Counted from the stretch's first letter, positions 46,331 through 55,424 are shown. The stretch is DNA of 64,000 nt from an uncultured Candidatus Saccharibacteria bacterium (GCA_964510655.1 CAZEAY010000002.1:26613-90612); one strand, 5' to 3'. The notes: generated by a model not told the origin, from the sequence alone. Program-made: numbers and translations.

Positions 46331-46634
46331 ATCGGAGTGCGGTGTTTGAAAATCCCGACGGCTTGGCTGCGGAGATAGGACACAAAATCTGTTTTTATTA
46401 AATATGTTTTCTGCGGGCGGTAATAATTTGTTTATTTTTTTAATTGGTTTTTCACTGCTGTCGTTATATAATTGAACTAAGGTTGCTTGGGGTATTATCT
46501 AGACTATTTGTTCTTTTAGGGAGATTTATATTGCCGTTGGATGATGACGAAAGCATTTATGTAATTGTCTGACTCCACTTCGGTTGCGGTCACCCACCTA
46601 GCAAGAGCTAGGGTAAGCTCCAAGTAACCTTAAG

Positions 46635-46666
46635 AAAAAACCGTTTATTTAATAAGCGGTTTTTTC
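46635..46666 (+). terminator. Hairpin with T-tract (aaaaaaccgtttatttaataagcggtttttt)
   Basis: A CCGTTTATT/AATAAGCGG stem flanked by A- and T-runs. It closes the 46340-46630 noncoding block. Confidence 0.6.
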
Positions 46667-46711
46667 TTGGGAATTTTGATTTTACCTGGTTTATTGTTAC
46701 AATTTAAGACA

Positions 46712-47143
46712 ATGTACCGAAAATGGCTTTTATTGGCTGGGGTGATGGATCTTTTTATCCTAAGTATTTTGGATAAAATTGCTTATCAATATTATCTGTA
46801 TTGGCGTTATCCGCAGTTTGATATTCTGATGCATTTGGTAGGTGGCATCGCCATTGGCTTAGTGTCAGCCTATGTGTATTGGTTATGGCACAGAGAAAAG
46901 GAACCAGAAAAAACGCGGAGTGAAATTGCCGTGGTTAGTTGGAGGTTATTTTTCTTGCTTAACTTCGGCTTTATTTTAACGATTGGTCTTGGTTGGGAAG
47001 TCTTTGAATTATTCGTTGACCGAATTGTTGCTTTTAGCCCTTTAAATATTTTACGAGATTTGTTTTTCGGAATCATTGGTAGTTTATCAGTTGGATTATT
47101 TGTCTTATGGATTCACAATCACAAACTAAAGAAGTTAAAATAA
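46712..47143 (+). CDS. Hypothetical integral membrane protein (about 4 TM). The start is placed at ATG 46712, because the ORF-track start 46667 is a TTG.
   Basis: Hydrophobic segments are present. Its 3' end overlaps the next gene by 37 nt. Confidence 0.45.
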   Translation: MYRKWLLLAGVMDLFILSILDKIAYQYYLYWRYPQFDILMHLVGGIAIGLVSAYVYWLWHREKEPEKTRSEIAVVSWRLFFLLNFGFILTIGLGWEVFELFVDRIVAFSPLNILRDLFFGIIGSLSVGLFVLWIHNHKLKKLK

Positions 47144-48537
47144 CTTTTTGTGGCGGTACCGAAAGTGTGACCGGTGCTAATTTTTTATTGGAAACGGAAA
47201 TGGGCGGTAAGACCCTGCGAATTTTGATAGACTGTGGTCTTTTTCAGGGTTCTAACAAGGATGAAAAGATGAACCTGGAGCCTTTGCCTTATGATCCTAA
47301 GACCATCGATGCGGTTTTTATTACTCATGCCCATATGGATCACATTGGCCGTTTACCTCTTCTGGTTAAACAAGGTTTTACTGGTCCAGTTTATTCCACC
47401 CCACCAACAAAGGAAATTTCTGATGTTTCTTTTGCTGATACTATTGGCCTAATGGAACGGGATGTGCGCAATAGCCAGACTGATAAAAATCATAAAGACA
47501 ACAAGCATGTTGAGGTGACAGAGGCACTTTATGGAGCAAAAGATGTCACTGTTTTAATGAATCAGTGGGAGACTGTTGGCTATCATCAGCCGATTAAAAT
47601 TGGTGATTTTACGGTTATTTTACGAGATTCCGGTCATATTTTAGGTTCGGCGATGGTGGAATTTAATTATAACGGTAAGAAAATTTTGTTTACGGGCGAC
47701 TTGGGTAACTCGCCAGCTCCACTGTTGAAAGATACTGAGGTAGTAACCGATGCCGATTATTTGATTATGGAAAGTGTGTATGGCGATCGCAATCATGAGG
47801 ATCGGGGAGAGCGCCGGGATAAACTTGAGGATGTCATTGAAGAAACCATGCGTAAGGGTGGAGTCTTGCTCATTCCCGCTTTTTCTATTGAGCGGACGCA
47901 GGAGCTTCTTTATGAGATAGAAAATATGATGGAAAACTCGCGTATTCCGCTGGTGCCCGTTTTCCTCGATTCTCCGATGGCGATAAAAGTGACGGAGATC
48001 TATAAAAAATATAGCGATTATTTAAACAAAGAAACTAATTCCGTGATTAAGGGGGGTGATGGTATTTTCCATTTCGCCCAGTTTCGTGAGACAATGTCGA
48101 CTAACGATTCTAAGGCGATAGATGAATCGAATAGTAAAAAAATTATTTTAGCTGGTTCCGGCATGTCTAATGGTGGACGAATTATTCACCACGAGAGAAA
48201 ATATTTGCCCGATGCTAAAAATACGATTCTCTTGGCAGGCTATCAGAGTGTGGGCAGTTTGGGTCGCTTGATTCAGGACGGAACCCGAGTGGTGAAAATT
48301 TTAGGAGAAGATATTCCTGTCAACGCTAAGGTAACTAGTATTAGTGGTTATTCGGCTCATAAAGATTCCGACGGCTTATTTGAATTTGTTCATAATACTG
48401 TCGATAAGGTTAAAAAAGTTTTTGTCGTGATGGGCGAGCCTAAGTCCTCACTGTTTTTAGTCCAGCGTTTGCGTGATTACTTGGGAATTGATGCGGTGGC
48501 ACCTAAGTATCAAGAAACTTTCAAGATCGAGCTTTAA
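47107..48537 (+). CDS. MBL-fold beta-CASP family ribonuclease (RNase J / CPSF73-like RNA-metabolising metallo-beta-lactamase)
   Basis: The MBL motifs are ILIDCGLFQG and HAHMDHIGRLP. A beta-CASP region (LFTGD..., ESVYGDR) and a C-terminal RMMBL-like segment (SGYSAHKDSDGL) follow. Confidence 0.7.
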   Translation: MDSQSQTKEVKITFCGGTESVTGANFLLETEMGGKTLRILIDCGLFQGSNKDEKMNLEPLPYDPKTIDAVFITHAHMDHIGRLPLLVKQGFTGPVYSTPPTKEISDVSFADTIGLMERDVRNSQTDKNHKDNKHVEVTEALYGAKDVTVLMNQWETVGYHQPIKIGDFTVILRDSGHILGSAMVEFNYNGKKILFTGDLGNSPAPLLKDTEVVTDADYLIMESVYGDRNHEDRGERRDKLEDVIEETMRKGGVLLIPAFSIERTQELLYEIENMMENSRIPLVPVFLDSPMAIKVTEIYKKYSDYLNKETNSVIKGGDGIFHFAQFRETMSTNDSKAIDESNSKKIILAGSGMSNGGRIIHHERKYLPDAKNTILLAGYQSVGSLGRLIQDGTRVVKILGEDIPVNAKVTSISGYSAHKDSDGLFEFVHNTVDKVKKVFVVMGEPKSSLFLVQRLRDYLGIDAVAPKYQETFKIEL

Positions 48538-48583
48538 TTCTTTGTGATGGTTTGGATTTTAAAAATTAGAAATTTAAAAAAAG

Positions 48584-49201
48584 ATGGATAAAGAAACTTT
48601 AGATAAATTATTGTCTGATAAAAAAGATGCTCGTAGCCCACATTTAAGAGTAAAAATTTGTGTTTCGGGAGCGGCGGAGACTAGCCATTGTGGTGACGGT
48701 TCTTTAGATATGGCTTTGGCTGTAGGGCAAGAAATTGCCCGCCAAGGGGCAGTGATTGTTACTGGAGCGACAACAGGTTTTCCGCTGTGGTCGGCTAAGG
48801 GGGCAAAAGAGGCGGGAGGTTTTTCTCTTGGATTATCACCCGCGGCGACCGAAAAAGAGCATGTGGAAAGCTATGGTCTTCCTTTAGACTATATGGATTT
48901 TATTGTTTATACCGGACAAGGTTTTCCGGGTCGCGATATTTTGTTGACACGCACTACTGACGCTGTGATTTTGGGCTGTGGCCGGATTGGCACCATTCAC
49001 GAATTCACCGTCGCTTTTGAGGATCATAAGCCTTTGGGGGTTCTCGAAGGACCGTGGATGACCGATGAAGTGATAAAAATGATTATGGACAACAGTTTTC
49101 GGGAGAATAAGATGGTGGTTTTTGAAAAAGACCCCAAGATTTTGGTGGAAAAAATGATTGCCATGGTCACTAAGGCTAAAGAGGAGTTGGCTAGTATCTA
49201 A
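48584..49201 (+). CDS. SLOG/LOG-like Rossmann-fold nucleotide-binding protein (TIGR00725-like)
   Basis: It has ICVSGAA......G..L....A.G..IA..G..IVTGATTG, then a GRD motif (GQGFPGRD) and a GxG ending, as in LOG/TIGR00725 proteins. Confidence 0.45.
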   Translation: MDKETLDKLLSDKKDARSPHLRVKICVSGAAETSHCGDGSLDMALAVGQEIARQGAVIVTGATTGFPLWSAKGAKEAGGFSLGLSPAATEKEHVESYGLPLDYMDFIVYTGQGFPGRDILLTRTTDAVILGCGRIGTIHEFTVAFEDHKPLGVLEGPWMTDEVIKMIMDNSFRENKMVVFEKDPKILVEKMIAMVTKAKEELASI

Positions 49202-49211
49202 ATAAAATAAT

Positions 49212-49238
49212 AAAAACCGCCTTATGGCGGTTTTTTTG
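49212..49238 (+). terminator. Terminator (aaaaaccgccttatggcggttttttt)
   Basis: A CCGCC/GGCGG stem with a T-tract. Confidence 0.8.
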
Positions 49239-49364
49239 GTTATCATTTTGGTTATCCACCCCCCACTTTTTTTGTCTATCTGTTAAACGGGTGTATACTT
49301 GGGTTGTCGATAAAATTCGACAACTCATTTTAATAATTTTTAATTTTTAGTTTAATTTAATAAT

Positions 49365-52300
49365 ATGAAAAAAGTTATTTTGGCACTGCTGTTCGTCTTT
49401 ATGATGATCGTTGTGCCTTTTTCAGTTCAAGCTCAGACTGTTGCTGAGCTTCAAGCTATAATTGCTAGTTTGCAGGCTCAGATTGCAGCTCTGGTTGGTG
49501 GGGGCGGAGGAACAGTTGACATTCCACCAGTCACCCCTACTCCGTCCTGTTACACCTTTACCCGTGATTTATGGGTGGGAAGTGTGGGCGACGATGTCAG
49601 GGACTTACAATTATTTTTAAACAGAGAAGTTGGTTCTAGTCTTCCGACGACCCCTTACTTCGGTAATGAAACCAAGCTGGCTCTTATTAAGTTTCAGAGA
49701 GCAAATGGTATTCCATTAACTGGATACTTCGGTCCTCTTACGAGGGCAGCAGTATCAGCAAAAAATGCGGGGTGTGTTGTTGTTCCACCATCAACGACAA
49801 TGAGTTTTATTGATCCAAAAGCCGGAGAGGTGGTTAAAGCGGGAACTGCCTATATGGTTAATTGGGGTGGTTCATGGAGTGGAAATGATTCCTTCAATAT
49901 AACCGAATTCTTAGATAGCGGGAAAGATTTTATTGTTTCTGGACTTACTCAAGAACAGGCGGGATGTCCTGGTTATGGCAAAGGGGTATGCAGTTTTTCA
50001 TGGACCCCTAAGGAGGCTTCGTCTAGAGCTCAATTAGCCATTCAGCGACAATATAACGGGGGAGGCAAAGGTGGGGGAGATATAGCATATTCCGAATTTT
50101 TTTCTGTAGCAGCGGGAAATCAACAAAATAGTGGCGGAGAAGCTTATATTCAGGGAATACCAACACTATCTATCAGTCAAAATTATCGGGATGGGTACAC
50201 TTCGCGCTCAGCGCTAACTATTACGGCGAGAGGAGTTCTGAATTCTAGAGGTGGAGATTCCTATGTTTACCAACAGTCCGGCAGTTTAGGCTTTTACGCT
50301 AAAAGTATGTCTGGCAAGAATTTACCAACACAGGGTACTGCGATCTCTTTTACTATGAACGCTCCAGTTGTCACTGATAGGCTTGGTAATTCTTACTATA
50401 AACTCAGTGAGGGCACTCCTTACTCCTTTACGCAGACAGTTTCTTATGACACCGGATTAATGTTTGGGGGAGTTTATAAGGGAATGTTGTCTCATCTTTC
50501 TTACTTCCGTGACGTAAACGATGTTGCTAATAATATTAATCCAGTGGGAGTTGAAGTGGGTCCTTACAGTAGTCCATCAGCTTATGTCGTTGGAGAAAAG
50601 GGTCCATATCTTACTTCTGCTATTGAAATGGGTAAAAATGAAGTTGGGATGCTTTATCGGGTAAATGGTGAAAGACTAGACGGTAATTCCGTAGTCTACG
50701 TTGACGGTTCTGTCTATGCAAAACAGCCAGATATTGCTTTACCTGCCAGCAGAGATAGTTTATTGTTTGGCTCTCAACCGCTTTCTCCTGGAAATCATTA
50801 TGTTTATGTTGTAAACCCAACAACGGGTCGCAGTAATACTGTTTATTTGCAGGTAGGAAATACGACAAATGAGCCCTCTCTAACTGTTACGACTCCAAAC
50901 GGTGGTGAAATTTATTATTCGAATGATCTACAAGTTTCTTGGCAGTCAAATTATAATTCTCAGTCAGTAAAAGTTCATTTATATAGTCCGATTGATGGAG
51001 ATAAGTATGTTTCTCCAAACCTTAATAGTACGATTGGTGGGAATTCCTTTATTATCCCAGCTGGGACAATAAGAGCTATGAATTCCGGGCAATACAAGAT
51101 AAATGTTTGTGATGATAATCAATCTCCTTCTGGAGATGGCCTGTCAGGAAAGTCCCTTTGTGATTTAAGTGATGATTATTTTACCCTTAAGGGAAGTACA
51201 TCTAATATTTTCCCTGTCGCTAACCCGGTCATCAGTTCCTTTACTGGACCAAACGTTATCACCGCTGGTCAGACAGGAACTTGGACTGCCAGTTTAGCCT
51301 CTTCTTCTGGTCCTGGCTATACTTACTCTATTGATTGGGGAGATGGTTCTGGTTTCCAAAATATTACTAACCCAGCTGTCGCTACCTCAAATATTCGCGG
51401 AACCCATTCTTATGCCAGAGCTGGATCATACGATGTCACTTTTAGAATTTCTTATTATGCGAGTGTTACTTGTGTGAGAGCTCCTTGTAATCCGGTGGCA
51501 CGGACGGTAGAGGCTAAGAATGTTGTCACGGTGGCGGCTGCGACTACTCCTACTAACGGCTGGTGTGGTTCAGCTAATGGTCAGTCATATCCTACTCAGC
51601 CAGACTCAAGTCTCACTTGCTCCAGAGGGACCAGTGCGGATATGAGAACAACAACTACTGGGTGGGCGTGGAATTGTTTGGGTACTAATGGAGGAATTCC
51701 TGTCTCTTGTTGGGCGACTAAGTCAGTAGTGGCTCCGCCAACATCTGTAGATTTGTCGGTTTCTCAGACGATTAGTTCCAATCCATCTCTTGAGAATATC
51801 TATGAAGATAGTCAGGTTACTTTTACGGTAGAAGTTAACAATCCAAGTCAGACATCCTTAGCTGATGTTACTGGTTATTGGATTGTTAATGGAGTAACTT
51901 TCAGTATAAACAAAATGACTGGTAATACCTCCGCTATTACGGTCCCTGCCAATAAAATTTTCCCTGGGCGAAACAATGTAAACTTCAAGATTTATCCACC
52001 GGCTTCAATGAACGAACAAAACACTTGGAATAATACCGTTGATACTTATTTCAATGTTAAAACTCGTACTGTTGAGTCTGATGTACCTCGTACTTTGACA
52101 ATTAATATCGATAACCAATCTACTGGTTATGTAATTGGTGGAAAAAATAATGCTCAGGGTATAAGTGCAATTGAGTTCAATTGTGGACAGCAGGAAGAGG
52201 TTGCTAATGCTAAGATTTGGACCGGTACCGCCTGTTCCCAGACTTATCCAAATGGCACAATTATCACTCTAGTTGCTTCCCATACAGGACTCTTGAAACC

Positions 52301-52550
52301 AGATAATAAAGCGATTGTTCGGGGAACTTTTGGTGGTTGGGGTAATAGTTGTAACTCAAAATCTACTTGGACTTCTATTTACGGTGAAACCTTTGAATCG
52401 TGTTTAGTCAATCTTAATCAGGATAAAGTGATTAATGTTAGTTTTACGGCTCCAGCCTCGGGTTCTACAGGGTTGAACATTTCCTCTGTGAATCAGATGG
52501 CTAATCTTTTGCAATCACTTCAGACTATCCTTAATGGTCTGAAACGCTAG
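49365..52550 (+). CDS. Giant (1061 aa) secreted protein with an N-terminal coiled/Gly segment, a peptidoglycan-binding (PG_binding_1-like) domain, a long beta-rich region, and a C-terminal domain shared with ORF 29811..33368
   Basis: It has the signal peptide MKKVILALLFVFMMIVVPFSVQA. A PGBD-like segment follows (DLWVGSVGDDVRDLQLFLN...GYFGPLTRAAV). The C-terminus is NQSTGYVIGGKNNAQGISAIEFNCGQQEEVANAKIWTGTACSQTYPNGTIITLVAS...SFTAP and the tail is NQMANLLQSLQTILNGLKR. Confidence 0.7.
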   Translation: MKKVILALLFVFMMIVVPFSVQAQTVAELQAIIASLQAQIAALVGGGGGTVDIPPVTPTPSCYTFTRDLWVGSVGDDVRDLQLFLNREVGSSLPTTPYFGNETKLALIKFQRANGIPLTGYFGPLTRAAVSAKNAGCVVVPPSTTMSFIDPKAGEVVKAGTAYMVNWGGSWSGNDSFNITEFLDSGKDFIVSGLTQEQAGCPGYGKGVCSFSWTPKEASSRAQLAIQRQYNGGGKGGGDIAYSEFFSVAAGNQQNSGGEAYIQGIPTLSISQNYRDGYTSRSALTITARGVLNSRGGDSYVYQQSGSLGFYAKSMSGKNLPTQGTAISFTMNAPVVTDRLGNSYYKLSEGTPYSFTQTVSYDTGLMFGGVYKGMLSHLSYFRDVNDVANNINPVGVEVGPYSSPSAYVVGEKGPYLTSAIEMGKNEVGMLYRVNGERLDGNSVVYVDGSVYAKQPDIALPASRDSLLFGSQPLSPGNHYVYVVNPTTGRSNTVYLQVGNTTNEPSLTVTTPNGGEIYYSNDLQVSWQSNYNSQSVKVHLYSPIDGDKYVSPNLNSTIGGNSFIIPAGTIRAMNSGQYKINVCDDNQSPSGDGLSGKSLCDLSDDYFTLKGSTSNIFPVANPVISSFTGPNVITAGQTGTWTASLASSSGPGYTYSIDWGDGSGFQNITNPAVATSNIRGTHSYARAGSYDVTFRISYYASVTCVRAPCNPVARTVEAKNVVTVAAATTPTNGWCGSANGQSYPTQPDSSLTCSRGTSADMRTTTTGWAWNCLGTNGGIPVSCWATKSVVAPPTSVDLSVSQTISSNPSLENIYEDSQVTFTVEVNNPSQTSLADVTGYWIVNGVTFSINKMTGNTSAITVPANKIFPGRNNVNFKIYPPASMNEQNTWNNTVDTYFNVKTRTVESDVPRTLTINIDNQSTGYVIGGKNNAQGISAIEFNCGQQEEVANAKIWTGTACSQTYPNGTIITLVASHTGLLKPDNKAIVRGTFGGWGNSCNSKSTWTSIYGETFESCLVNLNQDKVINVSFTAPASGSTGLNISSVNQMANLLQSLQTILNGLKR

Positions 52551-52572
52551 ATTTTGGATTAAGGTTATTTTA

Positions 52573-52604
52573 AAAACCCCAAGCTCTAAAGCTTGGGGTT
52601 TTTG
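52573..52604 (+). terminator. Terminator (aaaaaccccaagctctaaagcttggggttttt)
   Basis: A CCCCAAGCT/AGCTTGGGG stem with a T-tract. Confidence 0.85.
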
Positions 52605-52734
52605 GTAAAGGGGAGATAAATTTTCTTATTTTATATGTTATAATGTTATTAATCACCGTATTTTTTAAGCAAGTGTTCTTTTTTTTGTTATCATTCTAAG
52701 TTTATAGTTTTTAATATTAATTTTTTACTAAATC

Positions 52735-55014
52735 ATGTTTAAGAAAATTGTAGCTTCGCTCGTATTGGTGTTTATTCTTGTTCCAATTTTAACAAAAAAT
52801 ATTTCTTTTTTTGGCTTAGAGAAAATACTAGCACGGATTCAGAACCAAATGACCGCTGGACTTTTTGTTAGCTGTCTCGATTCGTCAGATAACAGTTCAA
52901 CAAGCAATGTGAGTTGTACAGAAATATCAGGTTTGTTTGTGGAACAGCCAAATTCTAATGAGCACGCTAATTCTTTTTCTAACGCGGTAAAGAGGGAAAA
53001 AACTTTTAAAATTAACAACTCCTTACTCGATGGGACTAAATTAAAAAAAGGCGTCCAGATAGATATTCCTCTTTTTTCTGATGCTAAATTTAAAGGACGG
53101 GTTGAAGAAATTATTTTCCGGTTACCAACTAGTTTCACTTTGATTGGTACTATTAATCGTGATCGGGCGGGAAAATTTTATTGGACTAGAGAGGGAGATG
53201 CCTCCTCAATAGATATTTCTTCGTCTGATGGTTTGTATGAGGTTAGACCCGTTTCCAACGGTAAACATGTTGTTAGTGAGATCAATGAAGATAAACTGCC
53301 TCCGTACGATGATACCTTGTTGGTTGATAACGATATTGTTAGTACTGGAACTTTAGATACTTCTTCGTCTTCAGTTGACTCTAGTGGAAATACAATAGTG
53401 GATGTCTTGGTCGTTTACACTCCAGCCGCCAGAATAGCCGCCGGGGGAGTTTCTGGGATAACATCTAACATTCGTTTGGCTGTAGATAAGGCTAATCAAG
53501 CTTACTTGAATAGTGGGGTAAAAATAAAACTAAATCTCGTCGGTCCTAATGGTGACCCCTATGAAGTTGCTGGTTATACCGAGACAGGTGATTCCCATGT
53601 TGATTTATCACGTTTGGCTGGAACTTCAGATGGCTATATGGATGAAGTCCACAATCTAAGAAATACATATGGAGCAGATCTGGTAAATTTAATTGGGCAA
53701 AATATTGGGTCTGTCTGTGGGACAGCTTATCTAATGCGTTCAGTTTCTTTGTCCTTTGCTTCCTCAGCTTTTTCTGTGGTGGCTCGTGGTTGTATTAGTA
53801 ATCATAGTTTTGCTCATGAACTCGGACACAATATGGGTGCCGCTCATGATGTGGCGAATGCTTCAAGCGCTGGAGCCTATCCTTATTCGTACGGTTGGCG
53901 TTGGGCGGGATCTAGCGGGGCTGTTTTTCGCAGTATAATGTCTTATTCACCAGGGACGAGGATTAATTATTTTTCTAATCCTGCTGTTTTGTATGATGGC
54001 ATACCAACTGGTGTAAATGAGGCTAATAATTCTCTTACTTTAAATAACACCGCCCCCACAGTTTCTCAGTTTCGTAATTCTCCCGATCTTATTTCGCCCT
54101 TAGTCTCAATTACTAATCCTGTTTCTGGATCTACCTATATTTCATCTCAGATTCTACCAATTTCTGTTTTAGCCAGTGATAATGTAGGGATTGCGCGAGT
54201 AGAATTCTATGACAATGATACGATAAAAGGAACTATAAATAGTGCTCCTTATTCCTATAATTGGAACATTAATTCTACTAATAATGGTGCTCACCGCTGG
54301 ACAGCTAAGGTCTACGATACCTCTGGTAATAATGCTATCTCTGACCCAGTGGGAATAAATGTCGATATTCCTAATCTGGATGATGTTGCTCCGGTTGTGA
54401 CTATTGTCAGTCCAGCAGCTAGTTCGACAGTCTCTGGTGTTGTAAATGTTTCGGTAAATGCAACCGACAATCTTGGAGTTTCTAGTGTGGAATTTTATTT
54501 AGATAATGTCTTAAAAACAACTAAATCAGTGACCCCTTACGTTTTTGCTTGGGATACTAAGACTGTAGTTGATGGAGTTTACTCACTTAAGTCTAAAGCT
54601 TATGACATAGTGGGAAATGTTGGAATAGCTGGACCACTTAATGTAATTGTTAAAAATGCTAGTCTTGTAGATACTATTCCACCATTGGTAACAATAAAGG
54701 GACCGTCGGTAATAAGTAACAAGAATAAAACTTTTACGGCTTCTTCGTCGGATAATGTTGGGGTGGCAAAGGTTGAATTTTATCTAGATAGTGCAACTGC
54801 TCCATTTATCACTGACACTAGTATGCCTTACAGCGCCACCATAAACACCAAAAAACTTTCTGTTGGTTCTCATATTATTTTCGCTAAAGCCTATGACTTG
54901 TCTGGTAATACTGCTTCCTCGAGTATGTCCTTTTCTTATGGATTGGCTTATAACTTATTTAATCAATTGGCCAATATTTTGGTCTCCGTTGGGACAATCC
55001 TTGGTCTTAGGTAG
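52735..55014 (+). CDS. Secreted zinc metalloprotease (HExxHxxGxxH, reprolysin/metzincin-like) followed by about 4 tandem Ig-like domains and a conserved C-terminal tail
   Basis: An N-terminal anchor or signal (LVLVFILVPIL) is present. The catalytic motif is FAHELGHNMGAAHD. Tandem ~90-aa repeats each carry ...DN(V/L)GV(A/S)(R/K)VEFY(L)D.... The tail NQLANILVSVGTILGLR matches the tail of the preceding giant protein. Confidence 0.7.
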   Translation: MFKKIVASLVLVFILVPILTKNISFFGLEKILARIQNQMTAGLFVSCLDSSDNSSTSNVSCTEISGLFVEQPNSNEHANSFSNAVKREKTFKINNSLLDGTKLKKGVQIDIPLFSDAKFKGRVEEIIFRLPTSFTLIGTINRDRAGKFYWTREGDASSIDISSSDGLYEVRPVSNGKHVVSEINEDKLPPYDDTLLVDNDIVSTGTLDTSSSSVDSSGNTIVDVLVVYTPAARIAAGGVSGITSNIRLAVDKANQAYLNSGVKIKLNLVGPNGDPYEVAGYTETGDSHVDLSRLAGTSDGYMDEVHNLRNTYGADLVNLIGQNIGSVCGTAYLMRSVSLSFASSAFSVVARGCISNHSFAHELGHNMGAAHDVANASSAGAYPYSYGWRWAGSSGAVFRSIMSYSPGTRINYFSNPAVLYDGIPTGVNEANNSLTLNNTAPTVSQFRNSPDLISPLVSITNPVSGSTYISSQILPISVLASDNVGIARVEFYDNDTIKGTINSAPYSYNWNINSTNNGAHRWTAKVYDTSGNNAISDPVGINVDIPNLDDVAPVVTIVSPAASSTVSGVVNVSVNATDNLGVSSVEFYLDNVLKTTKSVTPYVFAWDTKTVVDGVYSLKSKAYDIVGNVGIAGPLNVIVKNASLVDTIPPLVTIKGPSVISNKNKTFTASSSDNVGVAKVEFYLDSATAPFITDTSMPYSATINTKKLSVGSHIIFAKAYDLSGNTASSSMSFSYGLAYNLFNQLANILVSVGTILGLR

Positions 55015-55024
55015 TGTCGTTCCT

Positions 55025-55063
55025 AAAAAATAACCCCTCGATTTAGTCGAGGGGTTATTTTTT
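55025..55063. terminator. Bidirectional terminator (aaaaaataacccctcgatttagtcgaggggttatttttt)
   Basis: A 12-bp palindrome AACCCCTCGA/TCGAGGGGTT flanked by A- and T-tracts, between convergent genes. Confidence 0.85.
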
Positions 55064-55070
55064 AGGAATC

Positions 55071-55415
55071 TTATTTAACTGAGGCTACAAGCTTAGAAAA
55101 AGTCTCGGGATTGTTTTGCACTAGGTCGGCCATTACTTTGCGGTCCAGTTCAATATTTTTTACTTTCAATAGATTGATGAACTTACTGTACGATAATCCC
55201 TCCTTTTTGACGGCTCCACTAATTTTTACCGTCCAGAGACGGCGGAAGTCATTCTTTTTGTCGCGGCGATGAGCAAAGGCATTTACTCCAGCTTTTACGA
55301 TGGCGACTTTAGCCTCGCGCTCTTTGGTGCTGCGTCCAAAACGATAACCCTTAGTACGTTTTAGGGTATTCTTTCGAGTCTTATTAGCAATTGTTCCTCT
55401 TTTTACTCTTGGCAT
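55071..55415 (-). CDS. rplT: 50S ribosomal protein L20
   Basis: It has MPRVKRG and is L20 family. Confidence 0.9.
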   Translation of the reverse strand: MPRVKRGTIANKTRKNTLKRTKGYRFGRSTKEREAKVAIVKAGVNAFAHRRDKKNDFRRLWTVKISGAVKKEGLSYSKFINLLKVKNIELDRKVMADLVQNNPETFSKLVASVK

Positions 55416-55424
55416 GGTATTAAA

